This document shows positions 11,901-40,245 of a stretch of DNA of 64,000 nt, piece by piece. The translations under genes and the position numbers were made by a program. The notes beneath the pieces are model-generated. The model did not search any database. It had not been told where the DNA came from and was given only the letters and a program-made list of their open reading frames with translations. The stretch is from NCBI GenBank assembly GCA_051362555.1, contig CM120642.1, positions 27,280,001 through 27,344,000 of the forward strand. Reading direction: 5' to 3'. Each line of letters starts with the position of its first letter. The first letter of the stretch is position 1. Source of the DNA: Lingula anatina (taxonomy: Eukaryota; Animalia; Brachiopoda).

Positions 11901-14260
11901 GTAAGTAGATAAGATAATGTTTTGTTGTTGTAAAGAAAGTGTTTGGGTGTATGTTTAAAAGTTGCGATGTAGTCCACTAACATATAGGCCTGAAGATCTT
12001 AACTGGATACTTTGTCATATCCAATATAATCAGTGGCATGTTCACTGGGAAAAACAACTTTATGGTATATAGTTTCTTCAGTAAGACATTTGAAAAAAGA
12101 ACGTTGCAGTATATTTCAATTAAGTGTGATTGTTAATATTTAAATGAAAGTAGGCCAACGCATTTGAGAATTTAGTGCATGAATTTAATATTTATTCCCA
12201 TTATCTGAATAGTTCGATGTTCCCTCTTTCAGGATGGTTTAAGCAGCCGTGTATGGCCCCGCGGACGTTCAGTTGCGATGCTAGCACAATGCATTACGTG
12301 CCTGCGTCCGTGGTGGATGTTTACGTGGCTGGTAGCTGTGGCACCAACAACTGGAGAAATACCATTGTGCTACCCTTGTTCAGGTAGGCTGATATTCTAG
12401 CAAAGGAAATATTGATGGGAATTATCTGATGTAGTTTAAAATCTTGCGTCTTAGCATAAAACCTAGATAATTCTTGCAGGTTTTAAAGGAGAGTGGGGCC
12501 AGATATAACGTGTGAAACATTAAGAAAGGAAACCTGACAGAATTTATCCACAGTTATTTTTCTGGTGGTTTTCTCTTAAGTTCTGTTGTGTCAGTCTACT
12601 ATAATGTACAGCATAGTAAGAATTCTCCATATTTTGAGTATCAGTTTTGTATTGCTCTCTAACAGGGTTTTCCTGGCACAGATATTCAGTGCCCTTATTT
12701 CTGAAAAGCTGGCCCCACCTTACTCAGTTACATTTTGTTTAATATATTTGGAAAAAGGGAAACACTTTTAGTGATACTATTCGTACAGGATTATTAATGA
12801 TACATGAGATAATTTGCTCTTCAGGGAAAAAGGCATGACCTATCTTTGCTCAGAGACACTAAGCGAGCGGGACACAATTGAGAAGAACCGGTGTCGTCTG
12901 CTGCTCTACGTGATAGAGGACAACACCATGGGGACAGTGGACATGATGGAGGTACACACAGGGGAGGAATTTTATGAGCATTCTGATCTAATATTGCTAT
13001 TTGTTACTCTTTAGTTTAAGGGCCACTGCAATGGAATTTTCCATCAAAATGTATTGTCAGAGATTCCCTCCATGCGTTTGAAAATCCTCCACATTCATAT
13101 GTTTTTCCTGCAAAGCTTATTACATTTCCCAGTTTAGACTATAAAAACCAATAAAATCCTTTAGATAAAAATTAATCCGAAGTTTACTTTGTGTGGTTGT
13201 TATCTTCTGAGCCTCATCGTGTAGCCATTGCCTTGCCAGTTTGTTAACGTCTGTACAGTATTGTACACAGCACAGGTCTGCAATTGTGTGAAAATCAGGC
13301 AATGAGCGTGATGGCGGATGTCATTTATAATGACTGGCCAGTCTTGTAAACTAAAGTATTAAATTTAATATGGCATAATTCATCAAATTGAAGTGCAAGG
13401 ACGGGTCAAGCAATAATTTGTGAGTAGGAGAAATTTGCCCTTTGCCCTGGGAAAATTCAATTTGGTGGGAAAATCCTATGGAGTGTCCCATTTACATTTG
13501 TTTTAAGATTGAGAGTATCTCACACACACACACACACACACACACACATTGGGTCATTCATAGTTGAAAATCACACTATTCATAATTACTGTCATAGACT
13601 GCCTTGTTAAGTTAAAATGTACCATAAAAAACAGACTGTCACTCTTTTAAACCAGTACTCACACAGTTATTGATAATGTTATGATATATTAACTTCCTTG
13701 GTCTGTCTTTCAGATTGGCTATGACATAGGCCAGGGCTATAACCTGATCCTCAGCATTGAGAATATGGCTCAGGACTCAGTTGTTCAAGGGATCTCTGTA
13801 TGTATATTTAAACTGTTGTTTATTTGATAAAAAATATGACAACAGTGAACTCCAACAAAATTTGCATGGTAGAATGGCCCAGGCTAATAAGACGAAGATA
13901 TTGCAATTGATAAAGTGTAATTCTATTTTAGAATGAAGTAAAGAAAGAATTGCCTTTTTCCTTGAATTACTGAAATAGAAGTGAGATAAATATCCTTTGA
14001 CGGGTGCAAAATGTCTTTTGAAATACAAATGGTAAAAATAATATTAATTGTATTGTATTATACTGTAGTTGTCTCGTGGAGCAGTAAAAGATTACAACCG
14101 TAGCCGTATGTACTTGGCTGACCTGGCAGCGAGAGAAGGAATCCCAGTATTCAGCAGTATAGAGGAAGCGGCCAAACATGCAGTGGAGAAAGTGCAGTTC
14201 CTCAGAGAGCATCCAAGTCCACGTCCAGGTCTGGAAAGGGCAAGGTCATGTGAAGACTAA
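2898..14260 (+). CDS. raw: Raw-like protein (tandem NDT-like/Nuc_deoxyri_tr2 domains with EF-hand-like segments); spliced, 5' end and one internal exon unresolved
   Basis: GT-AG exons: 2898-3007, [one unresolved exon], 6206-6267, 6806-6897 (FLGGSCNPTTWRKDEAVPYLEANKISYFNP), 8774-8906 (QVCDWTPDLIEAEDKAKQDAMILFFVIDSKTRSITSVVEAAYLAG), 9819-9894, 10117-10252, 10606-10688, 11145-11343 (AFELCDKQNSGTLDF...FTLDEFCCLFTEF), 11843-11900, 12233-12383 (VDVYVAGSCGTNNWR), 12825-12951, 13714-13797, 14069-14260 (AVKDYNRSRMYLADLAAREGIPVF, stop). Phases are compatible from 6206 onward. The motifs VFLGGSC..TTWR and KDYNR.R.YL.DLA match Drosophila Raw / C. elegans OLRN-1 repeats as I recall them. Confidence 0.85.
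4977..5233. mobile_element. Palindromic PIF/Harbinger-type MITE, copy B (diverged)
   Basis: GGGATCATTCCCA...TGGGAACACAGTC; homologous to copy A. Confidence 0.75.
5964..5997. repeat. (CA)n microsatellite
   Basis: Direct reading. Confidence 0.9.
6941..8106. mobile_element. Non-autonomous DNA transposon, Kolobok-like (TTAA TSD)
   Basis: TTAA|GGATGTAGATAACAG...CTGTTATCTACATCC|TTAA: perfect 15-bp TIRs and a TTAA duplication. GG termini fit Kolobok rather than piggyBac (CC-). No ORF. Confidence 0.8.
8480..8721. mobile_element. Palindromic PIF/Harbinger-type MITE, copy C (inverted relative to A and B)
   Basis: GACTGGGTTCCCA...TGGGAATGGTCTC; the reverse complement of copy A. Confidence 0.8.
9218..9432. 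mobile_element. PIF/Harbinger-type MITE, copy D
   Basis: TTA|GACCCCATTCCCAGAG...CTCTGGGAATACGCCC|TTA. The 3-bp TTA target-site duplication is typical of PIF/Harbinger. Confidence 0.85.
13020..13489. mobile_element. Degenerate TIR element (possibly Kolobok-like)
   Basis: TTAA|GGGCCACTGCAATGGAATTTTCC...GGAAAATCCTATGGAGTGTCCC: imperfect ~22-bp TIRs. The right TSD is degraded. Confidence 0.4.
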
Positions 14261-14315
14261 GGTCAAGGTCAATTGGAAAGGGCAAGGTCATGTGAAGACT
14301 AAGGTCAAGGTCAAT
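14232..14315 (+). repeat. 42-bp perfect tandem duplication spanning the raw stop codon
   Basis: TGGAAAGGGCAAGGTCATGTGAAGACTAAGGTCAAGGTCAAT x2. Confidence 0.9.
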
Positions 14316-15553
14316 TGAGAACCTAGGTCATGGCTATCTGATGACTAAAATCACTGGTATCAGAACAAACGAACAACCTGGATTTGAAAATAAATGATCA
14401 GTTGAAGACTGCAAGCATTGGTAATGGAGCACTTAGTGCTTTGTTTGTTTTACATTTCATTACCAATGCCAAGTGGTAAAGGTAATGCCGTAACTTATAT
14501 TTCTTTTATCCATCTGAATTTCTGGGTGTCCATCTACTAGCATGATAACTCTTTAAATAAAGGCCAAACGTTGTTAGATATTACCAATTTACAGGGACAT
14601 AGACAAGTTGGCAGGAACTACAGTTCCTGTGAATTTTGAAAATCATTCAAGTTGTACATGGGCCACCAGGGCAACTCAAATAGTAAGCATTTCTGTTCTA
14701 TTATTTATAATAAAATTGCCTTAATACTTTCCTCCTTGGCAGAGGTATGAACTCTTTGAGTGCCCCTCATGTTATTTATTTTATTTATTTATTTATGTAT
14801 TTATTTATTTATCTTTTGATACAGTGCTTTGAAGTACATACAGTTCTTGTTTACTTGGAATAAACAGTGTGATTTCAAGACTTACATGTCAAGGGGAAAA
14901 TCCCTTTTTATTTTCCTTAGGCAGCAGAGGAAAAGAAACACTGTGATATATACATACAAACATATATATGATCTGATTTAGGGTGTGTAGGGTTTGAGTG
15001 AAAAGTTTCATGGTCGTTTGATCAGACAAGAAATGGGAAGTTTGCACTCCCTATATTGTGTTATTATTGAATATATATTGATAAAACATGTAATGGTTAA
15101 TTTATGAAAAGATTGCTCATGAAATGAAAATAGTAATATATAAATATAGGTAATAGAAGCTTGTGTCAAGCTCATTCTTTAAATTCATTGGTTTGAAGTG
15201 ATCTCAGCTTGTTAAATGGAAGACAGTGGATTGGGGGAATGGGTTTTCATATCACCTTTCCCTGATCCCAGTACTTATTTTGATTCAAATAAAACAGAGA
15301 TTGGGTTAAAAACAGCAAAATGGAGGTAATATCCACAGGAATATGAGATCTATGCAAGAGGTAGCTATCCACATGGGACCTTAGAGAATAACAAGTTTTG
15401 AATATATAGAATTAAACAGCTAAGTGGTTCAAACTTTGTGGAAGTAACCTTTGAATTATTTCATCTTTCAAATGTACAGGTGATTGATTTTCGATTGAAT
15501 ATTACTTTTGAAGTATTAGATGTGTGTTATGTAGTTATGTACATACCCTTTTA

Positions 15554-15760
15554 GGGTGCATTCCCAGAGATTTAGATTTAGATCAACCTAACTCCCTGGG
15601 GGTTCACACTAAATTGCAGTCAGCCTAGTGCGCACCATAGTTAATTACCCTCTTAAAGCTTTTAGTAGGTGGGACAGATGCTTAAGCCGGCTAAGCTGAC
15701 AGTAATCTAGTGAGACTCCCCACAGGGATAGATCGATCTAAAATCTATGGGAATGGGGTC
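15554..15760. mobile_element. PIF/Harbinger-type MITE, copy E
   Basis: TTA|GGGTGCATTCCCAGAG...TGGGAATGGGGTC|TTA. Confidence 0.85.
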
Positions 15761-16422
15761 TTAAATATGACAAGGGTTATTGTTATGTTTGGCATGGCCA
15801 GATGAATTTGATAAGATACATTTCTAAAGCTAGTCTCAGTGTATGGCTGCAACTAATTCTAAAATTACCTAGTGTAAATAACACTTCAAGAAAAGAAAAT
15901 CGCTCAAATTCCATTTTCTAATATGTTGTTAACTATTTTTCCCCACAGAAATGCTGATATGCAAACAGAACCAGCAATGATGTTAGATGTACATCTAAAG
16001 GTTTGAAGTTTTGGTGCTGGGTTATATTGAAAAACTAAATGCTGTTGAATGGAATTGTCATTTCATAAAATTTGTAAATTGAAAAATTGTATATAACTGG
16101 GAAGAGATTTTTTTCTTTTCAACTTAATAAGAGGAGAATGTTTGCTCTGGAAAGGCATGCTGTGGAATTTGGAAACCTTTTTTTTTTTTTTTACACTTTA
16201 TTTAAAACAGCATGATGTGGGTACACATGAAGGCGTGAGATTTTTATCACTTAAACTATACAGTTCATTATTTATGGTGTGATTTCAGTTTTTGTTTATT
16301 GTAATGCACCTTTAATCCTGTATCCTCACTGATTCATGCTCTTGTAATTATTTTAGTTAAAATACAGTGAGAATGGTGGGCATTTTGATAAGGTTATTTT
16401 TCTGAAAAGTTTAAAACTATGA

Positions 16423-16425
<3 letters not shown>

Positions 16426-16475
<50 letters not shown>
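16426..16475. repeat. (AT)n microsatellite
   Basis: Direct reading. Confidence 0.95.
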
Positions 16476-16484
<9 letters not shown>

Positions 16485-19400
16485 AATAAGAATTGCATAT
16501 CAGCATCAAGTTTTGCTCTTTAGTTGCATGTTCCCCCAAGGCAAAAAAATTCCCCCATAACAGGAAAGAAAAAAAAAAATTCGTTGGCTGCTGTATATTA
16601 TACATTCTCTTGTATTGATGAAAGCAATACATTGTTAACATGAACATACATATTTGACTAGTGAAAACTAAGAAAATTCATTTGAAGGATTTGTTAATAG
16701 TTCAAATAGAGAATTTCAAGGACTTGGCCAAGGTCATATGTTGAAGGTAAAGTGTCTTGAAAATTTAGTTAAAATGGTGAAACGTCCAAACCTTGTGGTA
16801 AAGTATAAGCATGCAAAATGTTGAAATTCAAGCAGTGCAGTACCCATTTTGTTTGGTAACTTACAATATATAGTGTACAAGAACTGTAATAAAAACCAAA
16901 TTTCTTATACCATCATCAAAGGATCCAGACTTGATTTTGACTTTTGACCAACTTTCCTTTTGATGAAATTAACTTTTATAATTTTTTTTTAGCCTGGCAT
17001 CTCCAAAACTAGAACAGATACACCCATAGTTAATATAGAACATGAATGGGAAATCCTATAAATCGGAGAAGTTACCCTTAAATTTGCCCCATTTCCTTAA
17101 CTGTAAAAACACAGGAACGGTAAATGGCCTAGATAAAACCAATTATATATATTCAAAACCAATAACAAAATGCCACACTCTCATCATATTCCAATACGAA
17201 GTCAACTTTATTTCTCCATCCAACATTTTGCTATGCAACATATAGTACAAAAAAACCTGGGGATAAAGCATCCGGAAAAAAAATATTATAATGTGCTGGA
17301 GTATGAAATAATGGGCTGTCACTCAGATCTGCGGTAACCAACTAAGGTCCAACTTTACTGGTTATAGCTAAACGCGTATTGAAGCACAGAAGTGCTCATA
17401 ACTATATTACTGGCATACTCCACGACCAAATACAGTGCCATTTTCACCCTCTTTGTATTACAGTACACCTCTTAAATAGAAAGGAGGGGGTTAATGCATG
17501 CCCTGTTATTCAATGCTGGAAATGTAGTTAAAACAGAATACATTGCTTGTGAACTAAAATCCTTACATTCGAGTTCCACAATCAAGTGTTGAAATTAAAC
17601 AACTGGTCAGGTATAGACCAATTATAGTGAATACTAATGTACTTCAACCCAAACCAGCAGAAGACCTTTCTTGGCCTCCTTGCACCGACTATTGTTAATT
17701 AATGGTTATAGTAACAATGATGATAAATAAATACACAGAAAGAAAACACATGCTTCGATTTTTTTTTAAAGTGCAGTGCTGCCACCTGCAGGTTAGCAGT
17801 TTGGTGGGGCAGACCAAGTCCCTGCTCCTGCTAGAGTGGCTAACAACTTTAACTGAACATTAATTTGTTTACCTTACACAATAATATGGAGTGATTAAGT
17901 GTCCGACACGGGGGCAGCGCAACGGACACACACTCCCACTAAAATAGTGCTTCCATTTCTTCTCAATGGGCAGCTTAAATTTGATTCATATTTTATCATT
18001 TCTGAACCTCATTATATGGGAATATCTTTCCCTTGTTCAAATTCTACACTCCTAGCTATAGGGGCAGTATAGCTTCCTTCACATCTTAGATTACACATTT
18101 TTTTTTATTAACCTGGATTCAACCTCCTTCTTTGGGCTTCTCTTTTTTTTGGTAAGATTTGGCATTCAGCAATTCAAGAATGCTCACCACTTGTTCATAC
18201 TCAGAATTGTCCATTAAATTTTCATATTTTTTTTCCTCATTACTTCCCATGGACTCGTTTAATCCCTTAAGTTATTGACCAACATGAAAACGCCTTACTT
18301 TTACAGCAATTGTGTTCAACTAGAAAGACATCAGCCTTTTAGAGAATTATCTCACCACCAATAGCACCCCTTCCTGGGGCAGAACATGAATACCGTAACT
18401 ACTACAGCCTAGGGCCACAGATAGGAGCCAAAGCCTTCCATATTGCAGGCTGGACAACATCAGGGCTCTGAATGAAGCCACAAGTGGCCGAGGCCTTGTA
18501 TTTTGACCAAGTGATCCAGTAAACCACACTGGACTTTTCCCTCACCTTAACGCATTATGCATTTCATCATCAACAAAGACATCAACGTCTCACCCATTCA
18601 CTTTCAGCTCCAAAATTGAGCATCTACCACACACCAACATTTTACTTCCTCATTCTGTGTACCCTAGCAAATTTCTTCACCACCTAATCTTATATTTTCT
18701 CCATGTCTCAACTGAATCTAAATCTCAATTTATCTCTTATCCTCAACTGTCTAAAAACACCAACATTTCCAACCAATTTAGGAGATCCATTCTACCCAAA
18801 CCCTCTTCTCGTTTTCAAATAATTCAGAGGGTTCCCTTCTCGCACCTATATCCCCCCTTTTCAAATATTCTCCAAGAGCTCTCATCATCCTTTAGTTTTC
18901 TTAATTGTTGCAAGTCTCCTTACCTTCCTTACTTATCCCACACCTTCATTACTACTTGGGGCAATCCCTTCACCTTTCCCCCCCATATTGTATAAAACCC
19001 TCCTTTTCAAAACAACTCCCTATGATTCTATCTACAAGAAGTACTACATAATGTCAAGTACAATTCAGTTTTTGTTATAAAAGTATCCCACATGAATGTC
19101 CTTTGGAATAACAATATTTATAACTCCAACTGCTCTGAAAAGATGATATGGACCAAAAGTCTATCACTTGTTTCTTTTTTAAATGATCATGTCCAATGTC
19201 CATTTTCTACACAAGTCCAAGAAGCCATCCTTCTTTCTTAAGCTCAATAAGCAGTCACATTTCTAGGTGAATGTTTTAACAGTGAATCACACAAAAGGCT
19301 CGGGTCTTGAGATAATATAGTAATATATCCATGTCGTCTTTAATTAGTTCTAAATCCAAGTCCATGAAATAACAGTAACGTCCTGCTTTCCAATGCTAAA

Positions 19401-19580
19401 TAAGATGGCTCATTTCCTGAATCACGACTGGATCATAATGTCAGTTTTATACTGTTTACATCCTTCAGTAAGAATGTTGTTGAGTCTCAAATAATCTTCA
19501 TTCTCATAAAAACATTTGTCTTGAAATGTAAAATCCTTGTGAAACGAAGAAGTTAATATTCCAAATAATGAGACATTGCT

Positions 19581-36881
<17,301 letters not shown>

Positions 36882-38093
36882 TTTGTCGGAGAGCACATTG
36901 AGTTGTGTACCTTACGTACCCTATGAACGGACCTGGTGATACCTGGAGAAAAAATTCCGATGTGTAATGTACAGTCTTACAGATCTGATGTAGGGATCAA
37001 TATTGTTGACCCCATTAGCTTTATCACCTGGTTAAAATCTGCCATGTAAGATTTTATGGAACACTCAAGTTCACTTCCATAATGATTAACATATTCTCAA
37101 TACACTCTTGCTGACAATACCAAATAATATCTTTTCTGACCTGCCATGGTTTCCCTTGTCACCTAAAAATCATTAACTTTACACTGACAAAATGCCATAG
37201 GCTGTTAATTAATGCAGTAATCATTTTGATATAAATACTTGTTTTGATTGACAATATTTCAAAGGGCATTTCACTTCAAGTCTTCAAGAGATACACCTCA
37301 AGGGTTTTTCACAAAACTGAAATATCATCTCTACTGATTAAAAAGGATATAAGCCTTCAGCCTGTTCTAGCCTAAATATTATCTGTCCTATAACTTTGAT
37401 ACTTTCCTATAATATTTAGATGAAGAATGCAGTGTACTGAGTAGTGGAGATCAAATCAAGTGGAATACAAAATACTATCAAAAGTCAAAGATACGTGAAA
37501 AATAAGAAATTCTACCAATAATATTTTCGGCTACAAAATTTTCGGCAACAATATAGGAGAAATCAAGTAAATTGGCATACTAATTTATTTCAATAGTAGT
37601 GGCATTGCTCAAAGTCGCCACAAAACTGAATCAAGATTTGATAAAAATCGAGATATAGCACAAGTACGTGGTTCTAAAAAACCCGGTCAATCGTACAACC
37701 TCTCCTACACTAACATTAGCTCATCAATCAATGAAAAGTTTTAAAATACTTGCTTTTTCTATCGATAACATCATTTTGGTTAAGTGCCATGGGTCTCAAC
37801 AAAAGCGAACAAAAGTATAAAATGAACGCGATGAAAAATTATGAAAAAAATGTTATTGGTCGTCAGGTAAAAGCCTACGACTTCAAAACTACATAACTGG
37901 CTGCGAACAACAAATGTTTTACTTCGAAACCGGTCTTCTAGACATTAAGAGCATGGAGCAGTAATCGTCATAACTGTGTAAATGACCAGTCAACACAATG
38001 GACTCAAATGCATTTCCTCTCAAGGTAACGCCATTGTTTCTCCTTTCTTCCTCATCAAACCCAAAGCTTCGGTTTAGAAAATCGAATACTCAC

Positions 38094-38230
38094 CACGGGC
38101 CGTTCGAGTGGGTGATCACTTTGCGACAAAAAATAGCTCTTTCGAGGACAATCCGCTGTCCGATGGCGACAGATTTCTTTGGATTGTCAGATAGTAATAA
38201 TCCGACTTTTTTCGCTTCCAAAATGGCGAC
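38094..38230 (-). other. Putative non-coding first exon (5' UTR) of PRRC2
   Basis: Minus-strand donor GTG|GTGAGT at 38094/38093 in a CpG-rich patch. It would splice to the acceptor at 36942, upstream of the ATG. The transcription start is approximate. Confidence 0.6.
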
Positions 38231-38305
38231 TATATGCAAATGTATGTTTAAATCATTACGTCACCTTCCCAGAGTGCTATGCGCGTCTCACCAAACACAG
38301 CGAGT
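38218..38305 (-). promoter_or_regulatory. PRRC2 proximal promoter motifs
   Basis: YY1-type CGCCATTTT (plus strand AAAATGGCG, ~38220-38228), octamer ATGCAAAT (38234-38241), CRE-like TTACGTCA (~38256-38263), and Staf/ZNF143-like TTCCCAGAGTGCTATGCG (~38266-38283). These are motif matches only. Confidence 0.45.
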
Positions 38306-39359
38306 CCCACACAGAGGGCATTGAACTTGATGGTTTCATTCTTTTGCTGCAGTGATATTTTTTCTTGGGGTAATTAGAAATCGCGCAAGAATCCTGTTCA
38401 GAAATCAATATCTTTAACTTTAATTTTGTTCTATAGCCCCCTCTCAACATTTTCATTCTCTTGCAAGAATAAATAATCTAAAACATTCTATGCATAATTT
38501 TCATTTAATTTTTTCACCATTTAGGGACAACAGCTGTTCATTTTGGCCAAAAATGGACTTTCTTGGGGTAAACAACAATTTTCCCATGTTATCCAATGGT
38601 TAATAAAGTCGCTCTAACAATGAAAGTTTTTTTTCTAAAAAGTTTGGCTTATTACACAGGGTATATATATATATATCCATCTATGGAGGCCACTGGGTCC
38701 AAATGCAATAATTAAGCACGAATTCTACAATATGAACAATAACCACAGTTATAGTGGTAAAATATTTTTTTTATATTTCTATGAGATGTTTACAGTTTTT
38801 TCATTGTGAAATATGGATTTCATACAAAGGGTTGTTATCCTTTTTAATATCTATAATTATGCATATTGCAATAACATTTAATTACTAGTATAGATTCTTC
38901 CAGTATAGTGGTAATAAAAGAAGTTAATCAGAAGCACTTACCCTGTACATGGTCATATGTGACAAAAATGAAAATTCAGGGAGCAGCGCCCTACACTCTA
39001 CCAAGGCCACAGTTAAATCATGTTCCCTTTCCTATCACCAATTAGCCAGACATCTCTGTACTATCTTTACTGAAAAACTGATGATACGAATCTTTGGACC
39101 AATGAAACTTCAGACTATTGAGATGCCCCCAATATATTACTGATACAAGAAACTGAGACAAAATTACTTGTCATGGAAGCTGAAATATAACAATAATTAA
39201 AAAAAAAACTTTCATTTTAAGTTTCGGTCAAGATCTTTCTCAAAGGATGCATTTTTTTACAGCACTTAATTGTTCTCAATGACCATATAACAAGATCATA
39301 AAGATTTCCGACTTCCTAGTTGATGCTTTGTTTATTAGAAAACAAGCACATTTCTAGGA

Positions 39360-39790
39360 GATGAAAAGGCAGTCACTGTCACAAATGAGTGTAGTACTTT
39401 AATTGTGGTGCTCAGCAAGTTCTAGAGGGCAATTAGAATGTGGTGTGAATCAAAAAGGGCAATGGTTTTAACAAGATGGGTCCACTCCATATACCGCCAA
39501 CACCATGATAGAGTTGCCCGATCATTAATTCCCTAATTGGCTGAACAGCAGGCACCTATATGTGCCTCTGCATTCACCTGATCTGAAACCCAAGTTTTTT
39601 TTCTATCTCGACACAACTTGTACAGTGTATGAGAACAATCCACAAACCATTGCTGAACTCAAAGTGGCCATTACCCAGGAGAAATGTGTCATACCAAAAG
39701 AAGTGTATGTGTCAGGGTGATTGATAACTCTGCTCGTGGAATTCAAACATCAGTGCAATGGCAGTAATTTGATTGATGCACATTTTAAAA
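39360..39790 (+). pseudogene. Decayed Tc1/mariner (maT/DD37D-like) transposase fragment
   Basis: Frameshifted, stop-interrupted translation: QWF*QDGSTPYTANTM (39460 onward), PLHSPDLKP, VYENNPQTIAELKVAITQE...RVIDNSARGIQ. These match the WFQQDGA.PHT and WP..SPDL.P motifs and the C-terminal helix of mariner-type transposases. Confidence 0.7.
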
Positions 39791-40245
39791 GTTTTTAATT
39801 TTCAACCAAGGATTAATGGATACATGATGATGTACCTGTAGAATGCAATGCTAGGTTACTACTACTTGTACAATATAAGAACTACAAGTGTTATTACATG
39901 TACTTCATACAGTAAAATATATCAGTTGGAGAATTCAGCAGGTATAAATGACATAAAAAGAATGACTTGATAAATAACCATTCTGTACATGCAAAATAGC
40001 AAATCAGATCTATAGTTCAAGATACAAATCCAGCTGCATCTGGTGCTTAAAGCACAAGTTTATGTATTTGCATATAAATGTGATGAAATTAATTTGCATT
40101 GTTCAGTAAGCTGCACATTCACTGTGCTTACGGCCATAAATGGCGGTATTAGTAATTTTTATTATAAAAACATTACAGCATCATGTAAGTATCCTGCACG
40201 CTCTCTGTCATATATTTACAAGATTTCCAACTAAAAATCAGAATA

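Noticed and set aside
17771-17793. CTCF-like motif (GTGCAGTGCTGCCACCTGCAGG)
   Set aside because: A single motif match cannot be supported without ChIP or conservation data.
37998-38324. 108-aa plus-strand ORF across the PRRC2 promoter
   Set aside because: It is antisense to exon 1 in a CpG-rich promoter and has no recognisable protein features.
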